This document shows positions 38,369 to 50,600 of a stretch of 64,000 nt of DNA, piece after piece (positions within the stretch are counted from its first letter, which is position 1; each line of letters opens with the position of its first letter). Below the pieces are notes generated by a model that saw only the letters and a program-made list of their open reading frames with translations, was not told the origin of the DNA and ran no database searches. The stretch lies in contig NIVC01000530.1 in the NCBI GenBank assembly GCA_002269645.1, positions 124,001 through 188,000 of the forward strand, written 5' to 3'. A program made the position numbers and the translations under genes. This DNA is from Macrostomum lignano. Taxonomy: Eukaryota.

Positions 38369-38544
38369 CTGTAGGGTGGTATGATCGAAACAAAATGAAG
38401 GGCGCTGGTACACTTTGCGTTTCTTAGAAAACGCTCGCTAATTGATAGTGCGTGCTATCAAGACTTTTGAATCTAAGGTCCAATTTAGTACTAGTCTCTG
38501 GCAATGGGACAGTCAAGGGCCGATGTACACCAGCAGGAGGCGAT

Positions 38545-38752
38545 AGCACCAGAAGCGCCAGCACCAGAAGCGCCAGCACCAGAAGCGCCAGCACCAGAGG
38601 CGCCAGCACCAGAGGCGCCAGCACCAGAGGCGCCAGCACCAGAGGCGCCAGCACCAGAGGCGCCAGCACCAGAGGCGCCAGCACCAGAGGCGCCAGCACC
38701 AGAGGCGCCAGCACCAGAGGCGCCAGCACCAGAGGCGCCAGCACCAAGAGCG
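38545..38752. repeat. 15-bp minisatellite in Rb intron 5 (GCACCAGAGGCGCCA)
   Basis: Directly visible. Confidence 0.96.
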
Positions 38753-38816
38753 CAAGCATCAAGGGTCAGATGACCTCCCTTCCACTATAAAAATCGAGTC
38801 TAGCCGAGGCACCCAC

Positions 38817-39143
38817 CTTGAACAGGTGAAACGCGTGAGTGCCAGACGCCTCCAAGCACCACGCTAGCGAGTTGGAGCAGCCGAAGCTGTACAGCACCAC
38901 CTGGGAGCAGGCAGCGAACAGGCAGGCTAGCAGAGTCCGGTTACCCAATAGAGACGACAATCGAACGCCAAGCTGATCTTCATCTGGCACTTTATCAGCT
39001 TCGCAGGTGAGAATAGCGTCTAGCGTCATGTAGAACAGAGTCTCAGTGAGATTCGCACGGCGCTGCATTTCGTTGCGATTCACGTCGGCTTCCGTGACGG
39101 CTAAATCGTAGGCCGACAGAAAGTTGCTGCGCAGCTGGTTCAC
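38817..39143 (-). CDS. Rbl: Rb-family exon 5 (pocket A)
   Basis: RANLTETLFYMTLDAIL...TLLACLFAACSQVVLYSF...AFHLFK; AG/GT boundaries, phase 0. Confidence 0.92.
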
Positions 39144-39199
39144 CTGGGGAAGTGCGGGTGGGGATAGTTTGGGTCTGCGACACGAGCAGATGGACTTGG

Positions 39200-40600
39200 G
39201 AAGGAATTCAGCTCGTAAGTAGGGAATTAAGTGACTAGGGAGGGAACTCAGAGACTAAGGGGAAATTCAGTGAATATGGAAGGAATTCAGTGACTAGAAA
39301 GGGAATAAAGTAAATAGGGAGGAAATTCAGAGACTAAGTAGGGAATTAAGCGACTAGTGAGGGAATTCAGAGACGAAGTAGGGAATTGAGTGACTAGTGA
39401 GGGAATTGAGTGACTAGTGAGGGAATTCAGAGACTGGTGAGGGAATTGAGTGACTAGTGAGGGAATTCAGAGACTAGTGAGGGAATTGAATGACTAGTGA
39501 GGGAATTCAGAGACTGGTGAGGGAATTGAGTGACTAGTGAGGGAATTCAGAGACTAGTGAGGGAATTGAGTGACTAGTGAGGGAATTGAGTGACTAGTGA
39601 GGGAATTCAGAGACTGGTGAGGGAATTGAGTGACTAGTGAGGGAATTCAGAGACGAAGTAGGGAATTGAGTGACTAGTGAGGGAATTGAGTGACTAGTGA
39701 GGGAATTGAGTGACTAGTGAGGGAATTCAGAGACTAGTGAGGGAATTGAGTGACTAGTGAGGGAATTGAGTGACTAGTGAGGGAATTGAATGACTAGTGA
39801 GGGAATTGAGTGACTAGTGAAAGAATTCAGTGACTAGTGAGGGAATTGAGTGACTAGTGAGGGAATTGAGTGACTAGTGAGGGAATTGAGTGACTAGTGA
39901 GGGAATTGAGTGACTAGTGAGGGAATTCAGTGACTAGTGAGGGAATTCAGAGACTAGTGAGGGAATTGAGTGACTAGTGAGGTAATTCAGTGACTAGTGA
40001 GGGAATTCAGAGACTAGTGAGGGAATTCAGAGACTAGTGAGGGAATTGAGTGACTAGTGAGGGAATTGAATGACTAGTGAGGGAATTGAGTGACTAGTGA
40101 AAGAATTCAGTGACTAGTGAGGGAATTGAGTGACTAGTGAGGGAATTCAGAGACTAGTGAGGGAATTCAGAGACTAGTGAGGGAATTGAGTGACTAGTGA
40201 GGGAATTGAATGACTAGTGAGGGAATTGAGTGACTAGTGAAAGAATTCAGTGACTAGTGAGGGAATTGAGTGACTAGTGAGGGAATTGAGTGACTAGTGA
40301 GGGAATTGAGTGACTAGTGAGGGAATTGAGTGACTAGTGAGGGAATTCAGAGACGAAGTAGGGAATTAAGTGACTAGGGAGGGAACTCAGATACTAGAGG
40401 GAATTAAGTGACTATGGAAGGAATTCAGTGTCTAGAAAGGTGAATTAAGTGACTAGAGAGTGAGTTCAGAGACTAAGTAGGGTCATTAAATGACTAGGGA
40501 GGGAACTCAGAAAGTAGGGAGGGAATTAAGTGACTAGGAAGGCAATGAGATGACTAGGAAGGGTAGCGAGGGAATTCAAAGAGTAGGGAGGGAATTCAGT
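39200..40600. repeat. 20-bp minisatellite in Rb intron 4 (GGGAATTGAGTGACTAGTGA) with decayed flanks
   Basis: Directly visible. Confidence 0.96.
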
Positions 40601-40768
40601 GACTAGGAAAGGAATTTGGAGATTAAAAAGTAGATTTAGATACAAGAAAGGTGAATTTAGAGCCTATTAGAAAAGGGTTTACAACTTTGGGGGGGGACAC
40701 TAAGGCAAATAAATGGGATAAAAGTATCCCACGCCGGTTAACACAGCGATAAAAAAGCTGTCGCTCAC

Positions 40769-41095
40769 CTGAGCCCTAATATCATCCCAAGGAGCCTTTC
40801 CCGAGCAGTACTGCCTCATCTTAGACAGAGTGGCCTCTCCAAACTCTCGCCTGCGGCCGGCCAGCAAAGCCTGCAGTCTGGCGACGCCCTGCGCTTGTAT
40901 AGTTGGCGTCAAATAATCCCCTTTGTAGCCTTGAAGCAGCAGCTTGTCCGGATTAGAAAACTGTTGCACAATATCAACATCCTCAGTTGCTAGGCGAAGC
41001 TGAGCGCCGGCCAACACGCGTTGTAGGCGGGGATTCAAACGGCTGGCTTCTTCGTCTAGTAGAAGGCGGCAATCACCGCGAATTGGGGCGCCGAC
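40769..41095 (-). CDS. Rbl: Rb-family exon 4 (linker and start of pocket A)
   Basis: LTPTIQAQGVARLQALLAG corresponds to TPVxxAxQSVSRLQSLLAG; AG/GT boundaries, phase 0. Confidence 0.88.
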
Positions 41096-41249
41096 CTGAC
41101 AAATATGCAGTGATTAAAGGGTAGAACAGTAACTAGACTGAAGGATCGAAGGGTAGAAAACTGGGTAGCTGAATTACATGTACAAAGAGGGTAAAAGGGG
41201 TAGGTAGGTTAATCATAAAGCGGGGTAGACGAGATGGTAGTTAATGAAA

Positions 41250-42200
41250 AAACAGGGGTAGAAGAGGGAGTAGGTAGGTTAAGGTTAAACAGGGGTAGAA
41301 GAGGGAGTAGGTAGGTTAAGGTTAAACAGGGGTAGAATAGGGAGTAGGTAGCTTATGGTTAAACAGGGGTAGAAGAGGGAGTAGGTAGCTTATGGTTAAA
41401 CAGGGGTAGAATAGGGAGTAGGTAGCTTATGGTTAAACAGGGGTAGAAGAGGGAGTAGGTAGCTTATGGTTAAACAGGGTAGAAGAGGGAGTAGGTAGCT
41501 TATGGTTAAACAGGGGTAGAAGAGGGAGTAGGTAGCTTATGGTTAAACAGGGGTAGAAGAGGGAGTAGGTAGCTTATGGTTAAACAGGGGTAGAAGAGGG
41601 AGTAGGTAGCTTATGGTTAAACAGGGGTAGAAGAGGGAGTAGGTAGCTTATGGTTAAACAGGGGTAGAAGAGGGAGTAGGTAGCTTATGGTTAAACAGGG
41701 GTAGAAGAGGGAGTAGGTAGGTTAAGGTTAAACAGGGGTGCTCGTAGAATAGGGAGTAGGTAGCTTATGGTTAAACAGGGGTAGAAGAGGGAGTAGGTAG
41801 CTTATGGTTAAACAGGGGTAGAAGAGGGAGTAGGTAGGTTAAGGTTAAACAGGGGTACTCGTAGAATAGGGAGTAGGTAGCTTATGGTTAAACAGGGGTA
41901 GAAGAGGGAGTAGGTAGCTTATGGTTAAACAGGGGTAGAAGAGGGAGTAGGTAGCTTATGGTTAAACAGGGGTAGAAGAGGGAGTAGGTAGGTTAAGGTT
42001 AAACAGGGGTGCTCGTAGAATAGGGAGTAGGTAGCTTATGGTTAAACAGGGGTAGAAGAGGGAGTAGGTAGCTTATGGTTAAACAGGGGTAGAAGAGGGA
42101 GTAGGTAGGTCAAGGTTAAACAGGGGTAGAAGAGGGAGTAGGTAGGTCAAGGTTAAACAGGGGTAGAAGAGGGATTAGGTCAAGGTTAAACAGGGGTTGA
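41250..42200. repeat. 37-bp minisatellite in Rb intron 3 (AAACAGGGGTAGAAGAGGGAGTAGGTAGCTTATGGTT)
   Basis: Period 37 confirmed (41521 to 41558). Confidence 0.96.
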
Positions 42201-42314
42201 AGAGGGGTAGTCGGGTAGATCCACAGATATCTACAGAGAATGGTCCAGGATTTGCAGGTCCTCAGTAACACACATACACTGAAATTCATTAAGATTTCAA
42301 CCAGCTATTCTCAC

Positions 42315-42734
42315 CTCTTTCTCAGCCACATCCGACAGTAGAATCCGTTCGTCCAGATCGCCATCGGACAGCACAAACATCTCGTAGGTGCTATTGAGAT
42401 GCAGCGAAGAGTGATCGAAGTCGGACGTCTCCAAGCTCAAATAGAAATTATTAATACCCGTGAGAATTTTCTCCTCAAACAGTCGTTCTAAACTGGCTCG
42501 AAAATAATTGGCCTGTACAACTTTGGCGTTGACGCAGGACGCGTGAGCCAGTTCGCACAGATCCTCCAGGATGCTTAAACTGGATCGATCGCGCGGCGCG
42601 AACTGCGGGTTCAGCAGATCAGACCTGCTGTTCTTGTCTGACAGGCAGACCATGTAAAGCCAGTCGATGGTCACTAGCAGCAGCAGGTGGCAGTTGACCA
42701 GATCGTCTGCTATTGTAGGATAGAATGCCTTCAC
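42315..42734 (-). CDS. Rbl: Rb-family exon 3 (N-terminal domain)
   Basis: VKAFYPTIADDLVNCHLLLL...DGDLDERILL matches the p107/p130 motifs I.DDLVNSYHLLLC and GDFDERIFL. Confidence 0.93.
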
Positions 42735-42874
42735 CTGCGGGATTGTGGGTTGGCGATTGTGGCATGGATTTGAATCGATTAGGAGGTGAGATTAATAAAA
42801 CTATGCCTACAAACTTATTATATAGAGTTAATAGTTAATAAGATCTAATAAAGGACTGAAAATATTTAACATAG

Positions 42875-43040
42875 GATAGGAAGAACCACTGTAGGATTAG
42901 GAAGAACCACTGTAGGATTAGGAAAAACCACTGTAGGATTAGGAAAATTCATTACTGTAGGAGTAGGAAGAACGAATTTACGATTATAAAAAACCACTGA
43001 AGGATTAGTAATAACCACTGTAGGATTAGGATTAGGAAGT
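42875..43040. repeat. Short 21-bp array in Rb intron 2 (TAGGATTAGGAAGAACCACTG), a few copies
   Basis: Directly visible. Confidence 0.85.
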
Positions 43041-43156
43041 ACCATTCACGGATTAAAAAGATAAGTTTTAGGACTACAAAGAACTTTTCAATCCCAAAGA
43101 TTGAAATTATATAGATAGGATAGCAGATAAATGAGCAAAATGAAGAGCCTCCTCAC

Positions 43157-43641
43157 CTGCAAGAACAGAGTCCAAGCCAGATTAAACAAATCATGGCTGC
43201 CAACCTGTCTAACCGTAGCGGAAGCGCCGCCCTTCTGCCTGGACTTGCTAGTTGTCGAAGCATTATTACCAACAGTGCCAGCATTGCTCAAATTATCCGC
43301 ATCATCCGACACATCAGTTCGGAATATTTTCGGAAACACTACAGTCATCTTGCGAAAACAAATAGCCGTAATGCTGAACTGGCGTTCCAGCATCATCATT
43401 CGAGATTTAAAATCTGTCGACATATCGACCATGTTAACCCACTGGCGCATTCGGTGAAAGAACTGCATCAGAGTGACGCCAGATAGCTTTAATAAGCGCG
43501 ACAATGACAGCATACCGGAGCTGATGTCGCTCAGGTGCGTGCCAGACGTCTCGGCGTGACTGCGCTGTTTGACGCAATCGAACAGGGAACAGACTAGCCA
43601 CTGCATTGGCTCACCATCCAGCGAGTAGTTGGACCAGACAG
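43157..43641 (-). CDS. Rbl: Rb-family exon 2 (N-terminal domain)
   Basis: ttag|CT; NYSLDGEPMQWLVCSL...SLSRLLKLSGVTLMQFFHRMRQW...LERQFSIT...FNLAWTLFL aligns with the p107/p130 N-terminus. Confidence 0.94.
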
Positions 43642-46600
43642 CTAAATTCAAACAGTTGAAGGTGAGAATTCAAAATTAAATATCTTTCAATAGAAGCATT
43701 TCAATCTACACATACCCCAGACAAAGTAAGTTGCAAAATTCCCACCCAAAAAGACAGCACTAATTAGATGACAAGGCATTCAGCCTTAGTAGTACAGATA
43801 TAGTTACTCCCGCCATTTACCTAAATTACGTTAAGTGACATTTTTTTCTTCAAAAAGTAAGTTGCATGGCCAGTGTAAACTTAATGAGTTGCGCATGTAT
43901 GTCAATCTAAAACACATAAATCTTTCTTTTGAAAGAATTTACGACATTGTTATTGCCTACACCCTACACGAATGTGGGCCTTCTGCAGGAGGCCCACTGA
44001 GTTTTAATTCCTACTTTTTTACAACATAACATGTAACATGTTACATGTAATACGTAACATATAACATGTAATGCTATGTCAAATTATAACTTCATTTTAG
44101 ATAAATTTTCGCTTAGTATACTTGAGTCATAGACTTACACAACTTCCCATTTCTACAAAATGTATATTACTAGAAAAGAAATGATAGTTGACAAAAGCAA
44201 CTATCAAATAATGGGAAAGAACAAATAGGTCTCTAAATGAAAAGCTATTTAAAAGTTGAAAATGGAGCAAATAATTATTATTGACATTTTTTAGGGTCAA
44301 ATGTATATGCATACAGTTTACTTAGAATGGGCTTAAATAAAAATTCACTATATTTTCTATATTCAATATATTCCTTATATTTAAAATAAAAAACATGCAA
44401 TGAATAAATTTTGGTACACAATGATAGAGATAGATTTTTTTAATGTCTATATTGTATTCTAAAAAAGTAAAATAACATGGTTTTTATATAGTAGAGAAAC
44501 TATATATAGTCTTATAAGTAACCTAACTACAAATCAGTGTTGTATAATGAATTATTTTAATATCTTAATGTATAGAATTAGAAAAAGATTAAGAGTCATC
44601 CAAAATCTAGAAGATAAGAATTATTAATAAAGGTGCTAGATCAAACATTGGCAAACTCTAGCCTATAGGACACATGTAGCATACAAAGACTATCTAGTCC
44701 TTCAGGTTCTTTGAAGCTTCTTAGTAGCAATCACAGTCACTAAAAGGTTTGCATCTTCTTAGCTTTTTTCTTCTAGATTTTCTCTCATCTCTCTTCTCCT
44801 TTTTCCTTTCTATTTTCCCTTTTCCTCCCTTCTTTCTTCTTTGCACTTCTTTCTCCCTTTCTCTCGCCTTTTTTCTCCCCTTTACTTTTCTCTCTATAGT
44901 CTATATTGTCTAATAGTCAATAATAGAGGTTGGATTTTATATTTGCAAACATGTATTACAAGCTTGTAAGTTACAAATGTAAAAAATAAAAAAACAAGAA
45001 AATAAACCATTATATATTAGATAATAGATACTTGGTAATGTTTGCAAGTCAACAAATATAATATATATTAGGGTAAAACATCATCAACCAGACAGTGAAT
45101 CTTCAAAACTGGACAAGTTAATCAGCTTCTATTTTACTACTGTGCTTGACAATAACAAAATTAAGAGCTTAACTTAACCACTCGTTTGAAAGAACTTATA
45201 ACTATCTGCAAAATGACACATCCATTGTTTGAAAGTTTTCTATAGAAAAAAAGATATTTGTGTTTATCCATGAAAAAATCATGAAATTTACATTTTGCAA
45301 AGATTTTTGTTTTTCAGTAGTTCCTAAAAATGTTTATAACTTTATAATCATGGCTCCGTTTCTTATACCCAATGTCTCATTTTATTCAGCATAAAATGAT
45401 CTATTGATTGACATTAAATATGTGACTTAAATTTGCTGGTAACTTTCATATTTAGCCCTGTCCAGTTGGTGATGCAATTCTGTCCATTCGGTTCGGTTTA
45501 CAGATTTGTGCACCATCAACTGGACAAAGAATCATCAACCGGACGCATACATGCGCAACAGTTGGCCGATCAATTTGGCGGCCAACCAAGGTAGTCACAA
45601 AAATGCCCACCTGAAAAAACACCGAAGTACCAGGTATAGTAGTACTAAGTAGCTGATGAGGCACTTGGCTTAACAGGACAGTCATAGTTACTCCTGCCGT
45701 TTACCCAAAGTTGCATTAATTTTGATTTTGGGTTCTTTTTTAACATGTAAGTTGCATTTTTGGCCAAAAACTGTTGCATTTTTGTTAAAACTGAGTCGCA
45801 CGGATGACAGAATTTTGGAGGTTGCGCATGTATGACTGGACAGGTAAAAAATGCAGGCAATAAAAAGTTTTTAGCTAGTAAAATAAACAGAATATATGTT
45901 TTGTCTTTACCTAAAGTACAAATCAAAGCAGTTTTTATAAGTTTGTTGTTAAAAAACAATAACCGCACATATTTGAGCTTTGAGCACTGGACTTTCACAT
46001 TTTTTTTTTGTAAATCTCTAATAAAAAGAACAGTCAAATGTTTTATTCACTACATACAGTAGTAAAGCAAAGGCTGGCAAAATATCAATTATTTTCAGAC
46101 AATTCAGTGTCAAAAAGTGGCAGACTCCAACTTTCTAAACTCTACAGAGTAAATAGGCCTAGCTTATTTTAACTAGCTACATTAATGCACCAACTTTAGT
46201 ACTGTGGCTAGTAACTCTATCTGCATTGAGCACCAGAGATGTATATATATTCAGTAGGTAGATGTAGTAGTGGCTTTGAAAAGGTGCTTGAATAGTTTGA
46301 TGCAGGCTAAAGCCAAAACCAAATAAACAAACATGGGTGTCCCCAAGCTGGCCACCTCCAACAGTGCCCCCCTTGCCGCCACTAAAATTATCGCCATTAC
46401 AAAGTAGTGCCAGTGCCTTCTAGTAAACATATAAATGTGGCATTCCATGCCTTTTATCACCCCTAGCGTGGCGCCCCAAGCATGGTGCAGGGCATTGTCA
46501 ATATTCAAGTAAAAGTATAATTTTTCTGCAAATGCATATCTAATCAGCCATAAAATACCATACTGAAAAGTTTTCCAGTATAAAATAGACCTTGGTTTGT

Positions 46601-47679
46601 GGAACCCATTTTCACTCTGGGGTGCAAAATGTTTGTGTGCTGCTTAGCTTTTTTGGCGCCACTTCCCCACTTGGCACTGCTGTGCTCATTCTGTGCCCAA
46701 ATCCACCATGACTGCCAAAAATGTTCAAATGTTAAAACTACACTCATTGAAATAATTTCTTGGCTCCATCTCTATTTGTCTGTTTCTGTATATTGACTCA
46801 TTATCCTTGCCTTGACCCATTTCTCCCAGTTTCCCTACCTCACCTAGTTTCAACTGACTTCATATCCATGATTTTTCTAGACTCAATATCAGATTTGCCA
46901 AATAGTTTAGTCTTCCTTCTCTCAGAATTTTGAGATGGATGATCTCAAGAGACAAAAAGAGAACAATAAGGCCCTACTGCCAATGACAAGTGCCAGCATT
47001 TTACTATTGGCTAGCGCTAGGTTGCACATTATACTTGCAACCAGTTCGCAAGTTGGGATGAACTCCCAATCCCATTTTTAACCAGTTGTATAAAAAAATA
47101 GCTTGCCATTGCCATTTTCATAGCCCATAATCAACTCTAGTTCTGATCATAAGAAATACCAACTAAAGCGCCTGTATATCTAAATTAACTAGGCCTAATT
47201 AATGGCTTGCCAACAATGGCAAAGCCACAGCAGTCAAAAGTCAAAAAGCCAACTTTGGAATTTGCAGTTCAAAGTGTGCTGCAATGTATTCAGAGTGGCT
47301 TAGATGGTTACTACCACAATGTTGCTGATTCTTTTTGCATTTCAAGATTGACACTGTTTGATTGCATTCAAAAATTAATAAATGGCAAAAAGCCAAGAAG
47401 TAGAAACAACTGTAAGTGCTATTTTACAAGAGGCAGAAGAATGCCTTTTTTTCTAATATCATACAGTGGGTGGCCATGCAGCAGCTTCTAGTTTCAAGGA
47501 AGTTGCTGCTGCAAATGGCATCAGATACTGTCTGCAACTTTGCCAGCAAGGAAGACAGGAGCATCTTGCGCCATGTCTAGGCAAGAATATTTATAAATAA
47601 AATTTTTTTAAAAAGGGCTGGATCTCAAGTCTGCTTTATCCTTACAGTAGTAGACAACAAAGTGCAGTTCATTATAGTA

Positions 47680-47825
47680 TGACCCAGTTCTCCTGCTGCC
47701 TGACCCAGTTCTCCCGCTGCCTGACCTGGTTCTCCCATTGCCTGACTCAGGTCTCCCACTGCCTGACCCAATTTTCCTGCTGCCTAACCTGGTTTTTCTG
47801 TTGCCTGACCTGGTTCACCCTGGCC
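47680..47825. repeat. 21-bp decayed minisatellite (CTGCCTGACCCAGTTCTCC...) inside the intervening sequence of the pogo remnant
   Basis: About 7 units. Confidence 0.85.
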
Positions 47826-49159
47826 CCCAGTTCCCCTCTAGTTGCTGCTTTTCATTATTTTAGTATTATATTGTATTTGTCATTTTTAGTTATTATTCAT
47901 TTTCTTATTCCCAGGGTAACACTGTGATACGAGGCTGGGTGGACAGCTTTCTTTAAAGACATCTAGAGCTTGCGTTGCATATTCCTTAGGCTGTGAATCC
48001 TGGTCGGACAGTCATCACAGAGGGTAGAATCCGCAACTTGTTTGAGGCACTTGCTGCATTTGAGACAGATGAGCTACTTGATGGAGCACTGCAGGATCTT
48101 GAGAGAATTTTCAACTGTGATGAGATTGCTGTTCCTCAGGGAATAAAGCCATTTTAGCACCAAAAGGAATGCTTAATGTTATTCAAAAGGTGCATGGCAG
48201 TGATTGAAAGTTTACAACTATTCTAGTTGCTGTTCAATGCGCAAGAAAGCTTCTGCCACCTTGATTTGTTTTTCCTGGCAAAATTCAGCAACGAACAGAC
48301 CACTTGCCACTGGACTGCCACTATAGTTTTTTGCCAAATGGGTAGATGACTACCTCTGGATTCGAGACTTTCATCCACGAGAGGAAAAAGGAGAAGAGAG
48401 ATAAGAGAAGATCTAGAAGAAAAAAGCTAAGAAGGCGGAAACCTTTTAGTGATTGCTACTGTGATTGCTACTAAGAAGCTTCAAAGAAAAAGTGCACTGT
48501 CTGGTGGTTCTGTTTATGGATCTTCACAAATCTCGACTATTTATTGAGCTGCTGGAATATCTCCCATGAACAGGTGGTTCTCTATGGACTAGTTCCAAAT
48601 GTGACACACGTTAAGCAGCCACTTGACCTTGCTATTTTTTGCACAGTCAAGTGTGGGTGGCAAGAACTTCTTGCTGACAGATCACAGCTGGCTACATTTA
48701 GCAGCAGCAGTTTGTGCACTTATTTTGCTACATGCTTTAATAAAAGGCAAACGCATGCAACATTGCAGCTGGTTTCCAAAAAATGGAATATTTCCAAGAA
48801 ATCTAGATGCACCACCTTACAACAAGTTACTAAAGAGAGTTGACATATCCGAAAGTGGTGGTGTTACGCCAAAAAACAAGCTTTCATCTGGCAATGAGAA
48901 GCAGTTGAAAATGACTCCTAAACCAGAAAAAACCTATTAGACTATTAGTGGATCAGTGGAGCAGTGCTTTGAGCAATTTTTCAGCACAGAAAAGCTGTTT
49001 CAGCTGCAAACTCAGCCGCCTGTCTCTGCAGAAGATCAAAGCTTTAGCAACTTTTCTGGTTGCTATCAGGCAACGTAAGGGCAGACAGGCCATGTGATAA
49101 CCACATCGCAAACTCTGGTAACATAGTGGAGAGCCTTCTGGGAAGCCTGCCATCTTTGC

Positions 49160-49490
49160 AACAGCCCGCCGCCTCTTGGCAGCAGCCCACCAACTCGCGC
49201 CAGCAGCCTGCCGCCTCTTGGCAGTAGCTTGCCACCTTGCGACAGCAGCCCGCCAGCTTGCAACAGTAGCCTACCACCTCGCAACAGTAGCCTGCTGCCT
49301 CCCAACAGCAGCCCATCTCCTCACAATAGCAGCCCATCTCCTCGCAACAGCAGCCCACTGCCTCCCAACAGCAGCCTGCCCCCTTGCAATAGTAGCCCAT
49401 CGCCTCGCAATAGCAGCTTGCCATCTCGCAACAGCAGCCCACCACCTCACAATAGCAGCCTGCCGCCTCACAATAGCAGCCTGCCGCCCC
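49160..49490. repeat. 21-bp decayed minisatellite, inferred consensus GCAACAGCAGCCCGCCGCCTC
   Basis: Units differ mostly by CG to TG/CA changes. Confidence 0.85.
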
Positions 49491-50219
49491 CTTGAAGACC
49501 CCAGGCAAGAACCTTTGATCAGCCACTGGGCACTATCTTTCCAGAAAACAAAAAATTTCAGACTGTCTACTTTTATTACAAGACTAGAATTTTTCCAAAG
49601 ATCTCTCCCTTGAGAGCTGTCCACAGCTGGGACTTGTGGGTCATTAAGTGCACTCCTGCTTTATTTATGTAATTGACTCACTGGTACATATTGAGCCTTT
49701 AGGAAGACATTAGAAAGACAGCTTCAAACAGCCTTGAAGACTACCACAGATTTATTTTAGGCAATGATATTTGTATAAGAGTAAGCAAATTCTAAATACG
49801 AGCTAGATGTTTACTCTACCTAATTCAATAGGTTTGTTCTGTTCTGTTGAGTCTATCTTAGCTGCAGTGGCAGCTGCAGTTTTTTCTTTCATTCTACCTA
49901 CATAGACAGAAAGAGTAAGGCAACAGAGGAGGCCTTAAGTTTGAAAAGAGGTAAATTGATTTGCCAGGTCCTGCTGGACTCCAACTTCACAAGCCTATCA
50001 ATGCTGTCCTATTTACGAAACAAGGCCAACAACCGGCGAGCACTGGCTGATGCCAAGAAGATGCATATAGCAAAATATCAGCTCAACGCATAGAAAAAAA
50101 CCAAATGAGCAACCCAGCAGAAAAAAAGCTGAGTGAATGAATGCTAGTGTATCTGCAAAGCAGGTCTCTTAAAGTGCATACACCGCTAAATTGAAGGCAA
50201 AAGCAAGTTCCTTGGATTG

Positions 50220-50600
50220 CATCCTTGGCCAAACAAAATCCTTTGGCAACTGCTTTTTTGAGCCAATTGCTCAGTTGCTACAATACAAAGATTCTGATGC
50301 CAATATGCAGTTTTGTCAGCAGTCTTGTGACTACCTGGTTGAAAATCCAGTAATCTGCAGAACAGTCTTGACTGATTTCATTGAAGGCAATGACTTTGAG
50401 AACTACATCAACAGAATGCGCCGCTTGGGCACATATGCTGATCACATCGCAATAATTGGCATTGTCAATTTGCTAGGCTGAGCCATTCATATTTATCAAA
50501 CCAACAAGCTGGTGCCAGTCAAAATTATAGCTACCAGTGCAAAGCAGATGAAATTGCCACTCAAGATTGCCTACATTCCTGAGCTGCATTATCAACTGCT
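50220..50600 (+). pseudogene. OTU-family cysteine protease (deubiquitinase) domain remnant
   Basis: GNCFF...FIEGNDFENYINRMRRLGTYADHIAI...LLG*AIHIY...IAYIPELHYQ shows the catalytic Cys loop (GNC), the variable-loop motif and the His motif (LHY); in-frame TGA at 50479-50481. Confidence 0.8.

Larger units (their letters stand above)
47220..49600 (+). mobile_element. Decayed pogo/Tigger-type (DDE_1) DNA transposase remnant, antisense within Rb intron 1
   Basis: HTH-psq-like segment at 47255-47400; CENP-B-like HTH ending GWVDSFL*RH; RIFNCDE (48110); LLPP*FVFPGK; NG*MTT; VVLFMDLHKS (48519); THVKQPLD (48625); NGIFPRN. Multiple stops and frameshifts. Outer boundaries are approximate and no TIRs were identified. 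Confidence 0.85.

Noticed and set aside
38424-38790. APEAP/LAPLV repeat ORFs as a possible extra Rb exon
   Set aside because: Lies within a 448-nt intron with matching phase-0 ends; retention would shift the frame or hit a stop, and pocket A is collinear without it
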